NCBI GenBank assembly: GCA_035341855.1
Contig: DAOQWA010000010.1
Location: 15,678 to 79,677 of the forward strand
DNA length: 64,000 bases
Source of the DNA: Bacteroidia bacterium
Lineage (GTDB): Bacteria > Bacteroidota > Bacteroidia > AKYH767-A > 2013-40CM-41-45
Direction: 5' to 3'
Positions 47,587-57,373 of the stretch are shown in pieces. The translations under genes were made by a program, and so were the position numbers. Numbering within the stretch: position 1 is the stretch's first letter; each line of letters begins with the position of its first letter. Under the pieces are notes generated by a model. That model worked only from the letters and a program-made list of their open reading frames with translations. It made no database searches and was not told the origin of the DNA.

Positions 47587-48234
47587 ATGACTAAAACGGA
47601 ACGATATAGTATTATTCTTGACTATTTTAAAAAGCACAGACCTTTTGCAGAGACAGAGCTTGTATATACTAGTCCCTATGAATTGTTAGTGGCAGTAATA
47701 TTATCGGCGCAGTGTACCGACAAAAGAGTTAATCAGGTTACTCCTGAATTCTTCCGGACCTTCCCGAACGCTAAAACCTTGGCTGAGTATAGCCCGGAAG
47801 AAGTTTTTCCATATATCAAAAGTATCAGCTATCCAAATAATAAAGCAAAGCATCTCGTCGGTATGGCCAATGTTTTGCAAAAAGAATTTAACGGTGTTGT
47901 CCCTGCTGATGTGGATCTACTCCAAAAATTGCCGGGAGTTGGTAGAAAGACTGCAAATGTAATTGCATCTGTTGTGTACAATATGCCAGCTATGGCAGTA
48001 GACACTCATGTTTTTAGGGTTTCTGCACGTTTAGGGCTTACTACAAATGCAAAAAATCCCTTGCAGGCTGAAAGGCAATTGGTAAAAAACATTCCTGAAG
48101 AACTGATTCCGCTTGCGCATCATTGGCTTATACTACATGGTAGATATGTTTGCATCGCTCGCAAACCAAAATGCACCGAATGCGGATTAAAACATGCTTG
48201 CAAATATTATTCGAAGTTGAAGAACACGAAGTAG
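47587..48234 (+). CDS. nth: Endonuclease III
   Basis: 215 aa. HhH-GPD LPGVGRKTANVI, catalytic ...AVDTHVFRV..., and a C-terminal 4Fe-4S Cys cluster C-x6-C-x2-C-x5-C. Confidence 0.9.
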   Translation: MTKTERYSIILDYFKKHRPFAETELVYTSPYELLVAVILSAQCTDKRVNQVTPEFFRTFPNAKTLAEYSPEEVFPYIKSISYPNNKAKHLVGMANVLQKEFNGVVPADVDLLQKLPGVGRKTANVIASVVYNMPAMAVDTHVFRVSARLGLTTNAKNPLQAERQLVKNIPEELIPLAHHWLILHGRYVCIARKPKCTECGLKHACKYYSKLKNTK

Positions 48235-48261
48235 TTTTCTTATTCGTTTCAGTTTTACCAA

Positions 48262-48594
48262 ATGAATATTATGAATAAAGAGGAGATAAAAAATAAAATT
48301 AATGAAGAGATCCTTAAGACTGTCTCTTCAATTAATGAGTATAAAGAGATTACCAAACCGGTAGCACCTGATGTTGCCATTGGACGGATCTCAAGAATGG
48401 ATGCAATTAATAATAATAGCGTTACGGCTGCTGCATTGAGACAGGCAGAAGAGAAGTTAGAAAAATTGCATTATGTTATGAGTAAGTTAGATTCTGAAGA
48501 TTTTGGAAAATGTTTGAAGTGTAAACAGGCAATTCCTCTAGGAAGGATTTTAATTCGTCCCGAAAGCGTCTATTGTGTAAAATGTGCTAAATAG
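48262..48594 (+). CDS. DksA/TraR-family C4 zinc-finger protein
   Basis: 110 aa. Coiled-coil N-terminus and a C-terminal CLKC-x17-CVKC zinc finger. Confidence 0.7.
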   Translation: MNIMNKEEIKNKINEEILKTVSSINEYKEITKPVAPDVAIGRISRMDAINNNSVTAAALRQAEEKLEKLHYVMSKLDSEDFGKCLKCKQAIPLGRILIRPESVYCVKCAK

Positions 48595-48875
48595 AGTAAA
48601 ATAAATTGTAACCTTTTTTCCAACGCTTATTTGAGTCGGTTTTATCATTGTTTTATTGTTTCCGTCCGGTTTATTTAGTTTTCGATCGAATTTCTGCCAC
48701 GTTATATTTTTCAGATTAAAAGCTGTAATAATTGGCCGGTTTATGCCTGATTTGTAAGAGTGCAATTGAAATTGTCTCAACAAGCAGATGCATTCGGGGT
48801 ATAAATCAGAGCTTTTATTCCCATTTGTCAATGAACTCCCGAAAAAGAAATTCTCGTATGAGGAACACTAATTCG

Positions 48876-51800
48876 ATGAAAGTCCGCTTTCGTCAAAAAA
48901 TGAATCCAAAGATCGTTGTAACTATTGTGAGCGGTCTTTTGGTCTTTGCGATATTTTTTATTTACTCGAACTTCTTCAATAGTGATAAAGCATATGCTGC
49001 AGTAAGTTATACCTGGAATGGTTCTGCTGACAGTAGCTGGACAAATGACCTGAACTGGACTCCAAATGGAGTGCCGGGATCTGCTGATAACGTAACCATA
49101 GGATTGGTAAGCACAAGAGATCCTATCCTTTTTGCCTCGCTGTCCTTGAACAACCTCACACTGAATAATGGTGCCATCCTTGATTTGAATGGATTCAACC
49201 TTTCGGTAAATGGTACCATCACCACAAATGCAGGATCGACGATTGATCTGAGTGAGGCTAGATTAACGGCTAACGGTAATGCCATATTCAACGGTGGTGC
49301 AATAATTGATAGTGACACATTGGGTTCACTTTACGCAACAGGATCAACAAGCACTTTTGGATCCGGATCAAATGGACCCACATTTGATGTAGATGTGCAT
49401 GTTTCGAGTGCAACTATAAGAATTGCTAATTCAACATTTAACGATATAGCGGAGTTTGAAAAGACCGGTACATCCAATGATCAAAGTGCCGGAAACAACA
49501 TCTTCAATGGTAAAGCCATATTTAGCACAAACAATTCAGGCTACTTGTTGATGTCATCATCAAAAAATGATATTTATAATGATGATATCACACTGAACAG
49601 TTATGGTAACGGAATAATATACCTGGCTTACCGTGGAACCGGAACTGTATTTAATGGAGACATTATAGTAAATAACACCGGCACGGGAGGTGTTAGGATC
49701 GGAGCAAGCACAGGTACTTCAGAACTGGCGGCGAACAAAAAAGTCATTATCGGAGCACTAGGTTTTGATAAAGGAATGCTCATGTTAGCTAATATGAACT
49801 TTCCAACAACAGATTCAACGAACTTTAGTCTTGCATCGAATGCAGTTTTAACTCTTGGTCCGGGCACATCTTTTAATGGTGATGTTGTTGCGGAAGCCGG
49901 CGGTATATGTTTAAGTGGTGCTACCTTTAATGCATCTGCCTTGATTACAAAAACGGGTTCCAGTAATGACAGAGGTGCAGGGAGCAATATTTATAATGGT
50001 GTAACGTCAATTACTAACAATGGGACAGGTTATCTGCTTATGTCTAATAACTACCCTGATACATTCAATACTGAAGTAACGTTTTCTTCGATGAACACAG
50101 GTTTAATCTACCCATGTTACAACGGGACAGGAAGTGTTTTCAATGATAATATAATAGTAAACAGTACAGTCGGCGGTGGTATAAGGATAGGTGCCAGCTC
50201 CGGTACTTCAACGATTGCAGATACTAAACGGGTAATTGTTGGAACTGAGGGCTTTGATGCAGGAACTTTAATACTTGGAAATTTTACTTCCTCAGATACT
50301 TCGGCATTCACATTGGCACTTAACGGTTCTTCAGTATTAACGCTTGGTCCGAATTCTTCTTTTGCTGGTGAATTTAGCGCAGAAGCAGGAGGTATTTGTC
50401 TGAATGGAGCTACAATGAATAAAGCCAGCACATTTAAGAAGACCGGAACAACAAATGATCAGGGAACAGGAAGCAATGTCTTCAATGGACCAGCTTTATT
50501 CATCAATGAAGGAAGTGGTTATCTTATGATGAGTGCAAGTCAGAATGACATCTTCAATGCAGAAGTAAGTTTTAATTGCAAGGGATCAGGTATCATCTAT
50601 CCTGCATACAGGGGGACACAAACACAATTTAATGACAACATTATTGTAAACTGTACCGGTACCGGTGGAATCCGGATTGGAGCAAATGTCGGTAGCTCTG
50701 AACTGGCACCGGGGAAACAACTTATTGTCGGTCCGGATGGATTTTCTTCAGGTACATTGACTTTGGGAAATTTCACTTCTTTTAATACTGATCTGCAGGA
50801 AATAACATTAACGGGCAACTCGGTATTAACTCTAGGTCCGGCATCCAGCTTTGAAGGGGATCTTATTACAGTGAGCGGAGGCTTGTGTTTGAATGGGACG
50901 ACCTTCAACGGTAAAGCCACATTCACTAAGACAGGAAGCACTAACGATCAGGGTACAGGAAATAATATTTTTAATGATACAATGAGCGTTACAAATGAGG
51001 GTAGCGGTTATGTTCTGATGTCAAATACGACAAGAGATGTATATAATTATCCGGCTACTTTCAGCAGTTTAGGTAACGGAATAGTCTATGTTGCATACAG
51101 AGGTACAGATACAGAGTTTAACGAAGAGGTTATTGTGAACAGCACCGGCGGTGGAGGTGTTCGCATCGGAGCAAGTAGCGGTACTTCACGGATTGCTGCT
51201 GGAAAAAGTATTAAAGTAGGCTCGCATGGTTTTTCCGGTGGAACATTCATGTTAGCTAACTTCACATCACCGGGAACAGATCCTCAAGATCTGTTGATGA
51301 GTGGTTCGTCAATTCTTTCGGTCGGACCTTCAACATATTTTGGAGGAAATGTGAATGCAGAAAGTGGAGGATTATGTTTTAATGGAGTAACAATTGATGG
51401 AGTATCGAGATTTATAAAGACCGGCTCATCAAACGATCAGGGTACCGGAAATAATATATTTAATGATTCTCTTTCCATAATCAACCAGGGAACAGGTTAT
51501 GTGTTGATGTCAAGTAGTACGAGGGACGTATTTAATGCACCTGCAAGTTTTAGCAGTCTCGGAAATGGAATTATCTATGTAGCTTATCGTGGAACAGACA
51601 CAGAGTTCAATGATAATATTACAATTAGTAGCACAGGTGGCGGAGGAATTCGTATAGGAGCAAGTACAGGTACATCACGAATAGCTGCCGGTAAAATGAT
51701 CAATGTGGGCTCGGATGGTTTTTCAGGCGGACAGTTTATGCTTGCCAATTACACATCACCGGGAGCATCACCACAAAATTTTAATTTTACAGGATCAAGC

Positions 51801-53894
51801 TTGCTTACTCTTGGGCCTTCAACGACTTTTGCCGGTGATGTTAATGCAGAATGCGGTGGTATATGTTTAAGTGGAGTTACTATTTTAGGAGCTTCATCAT
51901 TCACTAAAACAGGATCATCAAATGATCAGGGTACAGGAAATAATATTTTCACCGGCCCGACATCTATTACAAACACAGGAACAGGGTATATCCTGTTGAG
52001 TTCGAGTAAAAAAGACATTTATCAATCGGATGTAAACTACACCATCACCAATAGTGGAATTATTTACGTCTCCTATAATGGGGTAGATAATGAGTTCAAT
52101 GGTGATATATATTTGAACAGTACAGGGCTAGGCAGCATTCGTTTTGGTTCAAGCACAGGGACGTCTAAGCTGGCTCCCGGTAAAAAAGTAAATATCGGTT
52201 CATTTGGGTTTTCCGGAGGATATGTTCAGTTTAATAAATTTGAACAGGATGGAGGAACACCACAGGTACTTGATGTGAGTACCGGTAATGCATCTATTTA
52301 TTTCAACTCCGGCTCTGTGTTCGATGGCGATGTGAACATTCGATTTCCACAAATCTATTTAAATGGATCTGTGTTTAATGGTACTACGACAATTGAGAAA
52401 ACAGGCCCCGGAAATAATGCCGGTACCGGTGGAAATACTTTCAACGGGATCACGACTATCAAGAACAGCGGAAGCGGAATTTTATATCTGGCTAATTCCA
52501 GTGGTGATGATTTCAATAATCATGTGAATTTTGTGCAGTCCGGGACCGGTGCATTGCGTCCGGCACATAATGGCACAAGTACATTCTCCGCAGACATTTC
52601 TACCTTAGGAAGTACTGGTGTTGTTACTTTTGCTGCTAGTGGTGGAACGGTGGCCTTAGACGGTACAAGCCTTCAGAATATTAATGGTAGCGCAGTTTAC
52701 ACTCCGGTATTCAGAAGATTGAATATTAATAATGGTGGCGCCGGAGTTAAGCTTAATGTTCCAATTTCTGTCAGCGTTGGAATGACTTTAAATAATGGAA
52801 TTGTGTCAACAACAAATACAAATATTCTTTCGATCGAAAACGGCGTGAGTGCAGTGAGTGGTGGGTCTAACCTGAGTTATATAGATGGACCGCTAAGAAA
52901 AGTTGGTACACAGGCATTCACATTTCCGACAGGGAAAGATGGTTTATACCGACCAATATCAATGTCAGCTCCGACAGGTGCTACAAGTTCTTTCACCGCG
53001 GAATATTTTAAAAAGGACCCTGGTCTTTTATACAATGTACTAAGTCTTGTTTTGTCGATAAAAAAAATAAGCAGATGTGAATATTGGAGCTTGCAACGAA
53101 CAAGCGGAGTGTCAAATGTGAATGTCACTCTCGGCTGGGATGCTTCAACCTGTCCGATCGGTACACCATCAGATCTGAAGATTGCAGGTTGGGATCCATT
53201 GTTTTTACTGTGGAAAGATTTTGGAAGTACAGCAACGAGTGGCAACTCTGCCTCGGGTACAATATCAAGTGGAAACCTTGTTACTTCCTTCGGTGTTTTT
53301 ACTTTTGGTTCAACTAATGCCAATGTAAGCTTGCCTGTTGAGTTAACTGATTTTACAGCTGCCATCGTTGGAGATAAAACCCTGGTGAGCTGGCAAACTG
53401 CAAGTGAAATAAACAATGATTATTTTACTGTCGAGAGAAGTGCTGACGGACAATATTTTGAAGCAATCGGTTTAGTCGAAGGTTCCGGGAATACTACGAA
53501 TTCGAATAGTTACAGTTTTACAGACGATTCTCCTCTTGGTGGTACCTCATTTTACCGTCTGCGTCAAACTGACTACGACGGGAAATTTGAGATCTTCGAG
53601 CCGGTATCCGTGAATTTTAAAGGGATGAATACTGAGTTCAGAGTAGAATCAGTAGGCCCCAATCCATTTACTGACAATATTCGTATAGATTATTTTAGTC
53701 CTGATAATTCAGAGCTGACTTTGGTAGTAACAGGTTTGGATGGAAGTCTTGCCTATACAAGCAGGGTTTCAGCCACCGGGGGAAGCGGCAGTATTTCCAC
53801 AGGACAACTTCCGGAGCTTTCATCAGGCATCTATATATTGAAGCTGCTCAAGGGAGATGTAATTTTGGATACCAGGAAAATGGTGAGAAATTAA
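48876..53894 (+). CDS. Giant T9SS-secreted repeat protein (about 1,670 aa): signal peptide, about 7 tandem Asn/Gly/Thr-rich repeats of about 163 aa, a conserved pre-CTD module, and a type-A CTD
   Basis: Probable start ATG 48876 or 48900 (MKVRFRQKMNPKIVVTIVSGLLVFAIF...). The track start at 48732 adds a non-signal leader. C-terminus ...VESVGPNPFTDNIRIDYFSPDNSELTLVVTGLDGSL...GIYILKLLKGDVILDTRKMVRN is a type-A CTD. Confidence 0.8.
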   Translation: MKVRFRQKMNPKIVVTIVSGLLVFAIFFIYSNFFNSDKAYAAVSYTWNGSADSSWTNDLNWTPNGVPGSADNVTIGLVSTRDPILFASLSLNNLTLNNGAILDLNGFNLSVNGTITTNAGSTIDLSEARLTANGNAIFNGGAIIDSDTLGSLYATGSTSTFGSGSNGPTFDVDVHVSSATIRIANSTFNDIAEFEKTGTSNDQSAGNNIFNGKAIFSTNNSGYLLMSSSKNDIYNDDITLNSYGNGIIYLAYRGTGTVFNGDIIVNNTGTGGVRIGASTGTSELAANKKVIIGALGFDKGMLMLANMNFPTTDSTNFSLASNAVLTLGPGTSFNGDVVAEAGGICLSGATFNASALITKTGSSNDRGAGSNIYNGVTSITNNGTGYLLMSNNYPDTFNTEVTFSSMNTGLIYPCYNGTGSVFNDNIIVNSTVGGGIRIGASSGTSTIADTKRVIVGTEGFDAGTLILGNFTSSDTSAFTLALNGSSVLTLGPNSSFAGEFSAEAGGICLNGATMNKASTFKKTGTTNDQGTGSNVFNGPALFINEGSGYLMMSASQNDIFNAEVSFNCKGSGIIYPAYRGTQTQFNDNIIVNCTGTGGIRIGANVGSSELAPGKQLIVGPDGFSSGTLTLGNFTSFNTDLQEITLTGNSVLTLGPASSFEGDLITVSGGLCLNGTTFNGKATFTKTGSTNDQGTGNNIFNDTMSVTNEGSGYVLMSNTTRDVYNYPATFSSLGNGIVYVAYRGTDTEFNEEVIVNSTGGGGVRIGASSGTSRIAAGKSIKVGSHGFSGGTFMLANFTSPGTDPQDLLMSGSSILSVGPSTYFGGNVNAESGGLCFNGVTIDGVSRFIKTGSSNDQGTGNNIFNDSLSIINQGTGYVLMSSSTRDVFNAPASFSSLGNGIIYVAYRGTDTEFNDNITISSTGGGGIRIGASTGTSRIAAGKMINVGSDGFSGGQFMLANYTSPGASPQNFNFTGSSLLTLGPSTTFAGDVNAECGGICLSGVTILGASSFTKTGSSNDQGTGNNIFTGPTSITNTGTGYILLSSSKKDIYQSDVNYTITNSGIIYVSYNGVDNEFNGDIYLNSTGLGSIRFGSSTGTSKLAPGKKVNIGSFGFSGGYVQFNKFEQDGGTPQVLDVSTGNASIYFNSGSVFDGDVNIRFPQIYLNGSVFNGTTTIEKTGPGNNAGTGGNTFNGITTIKNSGSGILYLANSSGDDFNNHVNFVQSGTGALRPAHNGTSTFSADISTLGSTGVVTFAASGGTVALDGTSLQNINGSAVYTPVFRRLNINNGGAGVKLNVPISVSVGMTLNNGIVSTTNTNILSIENGVSAVSGGSNLSYIDGPLRKVGTQAFTFPTGKDGLYRPISMSAPTGATSSFTAEYFKKDPGLLYNVLSLVLSIKKISRCEYWSLQRTSGVSNVNVTLGWDASTCPIGTPSDLKIAGWDPLFLLWKDFGSTATSGNSASGTISSGNLVTSFGVFTFGSTNANVSLPVELTDFTAAIVGDKTLVSWQTASEINNDYFTVERSADGQYFEAIGLVEGSGNTTNSNSYSFTDDSPLGGTSFYRLRQTDYDGKFEIFEPVSVNFKGMNTEFRVESVGPNPFTDNIRIDYFSPDNSELTLVVTGLDGSLAYTSRVSATGGSGSISTGQLPELSSGIYILKLLKGDVILDTRKMVRN
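49440..52700 (+). repeat. About 7 tandem, diverged in-frame repeats (period about 488-490 nt, about 163 aa), each beginning with a (T/K)KTGxxNDQGTGNNIFN motif
   Basis: Motif starts read at about 49462, 49950, 50438, 50929, 51418, 51907 and 52400. Units are clearly homologous at protein level but diverged at DNA level. The reverse-strand ORFs 49007..49318, 49628..49987, 50117..50431 and 50597..50941 are compositional shadows of these repeats. Confidence 0.8.
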
Positions 53895-53916
53895 GAACGT
53901 TTATCAGAGGTTTCAA

Positions 53917-54693
53917 TTATTTGTATAAACCTGCTGCGATATTTTCTGTAATTATTTTCGGTACAAAATTTACCAATTTAGCCTGAAGTACATTTAAAAA
54001 TCCGGGAATAATTTCTGCCTTATCATTCATAAGGCCTTTGATACCTATTGATGCTACTTCTGCCGGACTCATATTAAATTTGGCAGCTTGTTTTTTCATT
54101 TTAGGCGTAGTCATACCGGCAGCATCCATGAATTCGGTTTCGGTCGGACCGGGACTCAGGCAGCTCACACGAACACCTGTCCCTTTAATTTCATGCCTCA
54201 ATGATCTTGTAAATTGCAAAACGAATGCTTTCGATGCGCAATAAATTGCCAGAGTGGGTACAGCCTGATAAGCTGAAGAGCTTGCAACATTCAGCAAATA
54301 TGATTTCTTGTTTTTTTGTAGATATGGTAGTAAAGAATGACTCAGGTGTACCATTAAGTTCATGTTTACGAACATCATTTTCTCTTGTTCTGCCAAATCC
54401 ATATCTGCGAAATTTCCCCAAAGTGCATAGCCGGCATTATTGATAAGGATCTGAATTGGGATCTCTTCATGCTCAACTTTTTCAATGATTTTCTGAATTG
54501 ATGTCTGCAAGGTGAGGTCAAGAGCCAGATAGCTTACATTCACATTGTGTTTCGCTGACAGTTCATCAGCTAAATTTTTCAGAAGTGATTCTGTCCTGGC
54601 TATCAACAATAAGTTATAACCTTTAGAGGCAAGTTCGCCTGCAAAAGCCTTTCCAATTCCTTTGCTCGCTCCGGTAATAATTGCAGTAGTCAT
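53917..54693 (-). CDS. Short-chain dehydrogenase/reductase (SDR) family oxidoreductase
   Basis: Start at MTTAIITGASKGIGKAFA (54693). Contains TGxxxGxG, NNAG and YCASKAF (YxxxK). Confidence 0.85.
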   Translation of the reverse strand: MTTAIITGASKGIGKAFAGELASKGYNLLLIARTESLLKNLADELSAKHNVNVSYLALDLTLQTSIQKIIEKVEHEEIPIQILINNAGYALWGNFADMDLAEQEKMMFVNMNLMVHLSHSLLPYLQKNKKSYLLNVASSSAYQAVPTLAIYCASKAFVLQFTRSLRHEIKGTGVRVSCLSPGPTETEFMDAAGMTTPKMKKQAAKFNMSPAEVASIGIKGLMNDKAEIIPGFLNVLQAKLVNFVPKIITENIAAGLYK

Positions 54694-54764
54694 ATAGGGA
54701 AGGTCTTTAAATGAAAAATGGAACCTCATGCATTGGGTTCCATTTTAGTATCATGAGTAATTTT

Positions 54765-55574
54765 TTATCTAACCATTTTAATGAAGTGATGATAGAATGG
54801 AGTTGCGCTATCTTCCGACTTTGGCATATACTTTCCAAGTATCACAGGGATGTACATCACTCTGCGACGACTTGGAGAACCCAGTAATGGACTCTGAGCT
54901 ACTCTATGCCAGATACGGCCATCATGAATTACCATATCACCTGCTTGTGCATCAACTAACATTTCTGCTTTGTCTTCATCATTATTCAAAAAGTATGCTT
55001 TCTTGAAAAGCATGTTGAACAAATTCTGAGTATGAGTTCCCGGTATGATTCTAAGTCCGCCTTTGTCTGAAGATGAGTTATCAAGGTAAAGGCCAACGTT
55101 TAGCATTTGCATAACTTTTTTCCCGTAAAAAATATCACGCATGCTGTCAGTATGCCAACCCATTTGACGGAAATTGCTGTTGGGAATATTCACATAATGG
55201 TTCACAACTACACCATCTTTTTCATTCTCCGCAACGCGGGCGCCGGGAGGGAGGAGAGCTTTTAGATTTTGAACTCTCGGACTGGAAACAAAGTTGTGGA
55301 TCGCCTCACTGAATTGAGATGTGAAAGGAAATCGGTGAACGATTTCCTTATCATTTTCATCCTTACCGAATTTAATAGGTACTCCATTGATTTTTTTAAT
55401 TCCTGATTTGATCCATCTATCCTGGATCTGTTCAGTCGATTCAATGATAGCACGAACTTCAGCCGGACTTGCAACGCCTTGAAAATGAATAAATCCGTTC
55501 TTGTTAAAGAAGGAAATTTGTTCTGCGGTCAGTTGTTCACCTAATGTGAATTTTTGATAAGTCTGTGTACTCAT
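54765..55574 (-). CDS. Phytanoyl-CoA dioxygenase (PhyH)-family Fe(II)/2-oxoglutarate oxygenase
   Basis: 269 aa. WHTD (HxD) and a distal IWH ... R arrangement typical of PhyH-like enzymes. Confidence 0.65.
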   Translation of the reverse strand: MSTQTYQKFTLGEQLTAEQISFFNKNGFIHFQGVASPAEVRAIIESTEQIQDRWIKSGIKKINGVPIKFGKDENDKEIVHRFPFTSQFSEAIHNFVSSPRVQNLKALLPPGARVAENEKDGVVVNHYVNIPNSNFRQMGWHTDSMRDIFYGKKVMQMLNVGLYLDNSSSDKGGLRIIPGTHTQNLFNMLFKKAYFLNNDEDKAEMLVDAQAGDMVIHDGRIWHRVAQSPLLGSPSRRRVMYIPVILGKYMPKSEDSATPFYHHFIKMVR

Positions 55575-56003
55575 CCTTAAAAATGATTAATTGAAATAGT
55601 CATTGATATAACTGACAAAGTATCAACAATGATCCTTTACGGAATTTAGTTTGAAGAAGTTCCCGGTTCACCTTGATGCTTGGTTTAAGCTTAGTGTTGA
55701 TTTTTGTTCTTTCCACATCTGCCCAAATATGGAATCAGAAATTCTCGGCTTAGTATTAAAATCTTTGGTTTCCATACAAAAATGACCACAAATATAGAAG
55801 AATAATTGGATTATTTTTTCTGATTTCTTGATTTTTGTTTCGTTTTGGGTGAATTTCAAAACAAGCACCCTAAACAAATAAAAGCCATAAAAGTTAGATT
55901 AAGTTTTTAAAAAAACTAAATAAATTGATAAGGTTCAGAGACTTGTAATTTTTTAAAAAATTAATCCTTTTCTATCAAGACTCATGGTTTGATGCTCAGT
56001 ATC

Positions 56004-57332
56004 TTATTCTTTTTCAGTTGGAAATTCCAAAATGAATTTACAACCGAGGTCCTTTACACTTTCAACTGAGATCTTTATGTCGTGAAAATCAGCAATAGTT
56101 TTAACAATAGGTAAGCCAAGGCCATAACTCATATCATCCTCCGGTCTGAATCGTTTAAAACGATCGAAGATATGTGGAATATTTTCGGGGAGAATTCCTA
56201 CTCCCGTATCTGCTATGCTGAGTATATATTTTCCTGAGTCAAGATTTCCTTTGATAATAATATTGCCACCTTCTTTATTATACTTGATTGCATTTGAAAT
56301 AAGATTGAACAACATTGTATGGATAAGGGAGAGATTTAATGAAGTTAATTCCTTGTCTGAAATGTCGGTACTCAGGTTGATTCTTCGCTCTTCGATCCTG
56401 TCTGACAGCTCTTCGAGAACATCGTCAACCAATGTCTTTATACCGGAGATCTCATTCTTAATATATTGTGCATTTTCAATTTTAGAAATGTAAAGAAGAG
56501 CTTTGACGATACGTGTCAGCCTTGACAAGGTTCTTTGTGATTCTGCAAGCTGCGAAAGGACTTCATTTGGAAGTCCGGGTTCATTCATAATATTCTCAAG
56601 ACGGTTTTTTAGAATGGATGTAGGAGTTAGCAGTTCATGGGAAACGTTGGTGATAAATTCTCTTTCCACACGAAATGTCTCCTGAATTTTTACCATCATT
56701 TCATCAATGGCTTTGTTGAGCTGAACGAATTCAGTAGTACTTGTATGTATTGGCCGAGGATCATACTTTTCAGGGTGTCTGATCTCTTTCAATTTACCTT
56801 TGACGATTCGATGAAATGGTCGTAAGAGTATTTGCACAAAGCCGAAATCTAAAAAGACAAACAGCAGGATAACAGCAAGCATGATCCGGAAAGAGAACTT
56901 CCGAATGGTGAGAGTTAATTGATCGATAGTGCTTAATCCTTCACCGATCTCAATGGTGTATAATTGATTGTCGTAAATGAATGCCTGGGCAAGCACCCTG
57001 TGTTTGATCACTTCCTTTTCGATGATCCTTTCTGTGTTGACCAAAGTGTGATCTCCAAAATTATGAGGGAAGATGGCAAGAGGGGAGATGGCAACATACT
57101 CCTCTTTAAAAACGCTATAGCTTTCAAAGCTGCAATCCTGGTCAAGAGCAATTTCATCCAGTCCGCCGATCTGGATCATACGCATCATCTTTTCCAGACG
57201 AGCTTCAAGTCGTTTATCAATGTGATTGTAAACGATCTGTTCAATTACTTTCGGTAAAAACAATCCTATTCCCAGAATGATAATCACTTTGGATAAAGTG
57301 TTATACAGGGCTAGTTTGACTTGTAATTTCAA
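56004..57332 (-). CDS. Sensor histidine kinase (two TM segments, periplasmic sensor, HisKA, HATPase_c)
   Basis: 442 aa. H-box VSHELLTPTS, N-box LISNAIKYN, and G-boxes DTGVGI / GLGL. Confidence 0.85.
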   Translation of the reverse strand: MKLQVKLALYNTLSKVIIILGIGLFLPKVIEQIVYNHIDKRLEARLEKMMRMIQIGGLDEIALDQDCSFESYSVFKEEYVAISPLAIFPHNFGDHTLVNTERIIEKEVIKHRVLAQAFIYDNQLYTIEIGEGLSTIDQLTLTIRKFSFRIMLAVILLFVFLDFGFVQILLRPFHRIVKGKLKEIRHPEKYDPRPIHTSTTEFVQLNKAIDEMMVKIQETFRVEREFITNVSHELLTPTSILKNRLENIMNEPGLPNEVLSQLAESQRTLSRLTRIVKALLYISKIENAQYIKNEISGIKTLVDDVLEELSDRIEERRINLSTDISDKELTSLNLSLIHTMLFNLISNAIKYNKEGGNIIIKGNLDSGKYILSIADTGVGILPENIPHIFDRFKRFRPEDDMSYGLGLPIVKTIADFHDIKISVESVKDLGCKFILEFPTEKE

Positions 57333-57373
57333 GATGGTTTAGGCTTATACAATATTTATTCAATGAAAAAATG

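Noticed and set aside
49007-50941. Four minus-strand ORFs of 103-119 aa (49007..49318, 49628..49987, 50117..50431, 50597..50941) inside the giant gene
   Set aside because: They are antisense shadows of the plus-strand tandem repeats. They have the same period, proline/valine-rich low-complexity translations, and no starts with sensible context. The plus-strand frame carries the conserved repeat signature and the T9SS CTD.
55668-55877. 69-aa minus-strand ORF between the PhyH-like and HK genes
   Set aside because: No recognisable features, and it lies in AT-rich intergenic DNA. Probably spurious.
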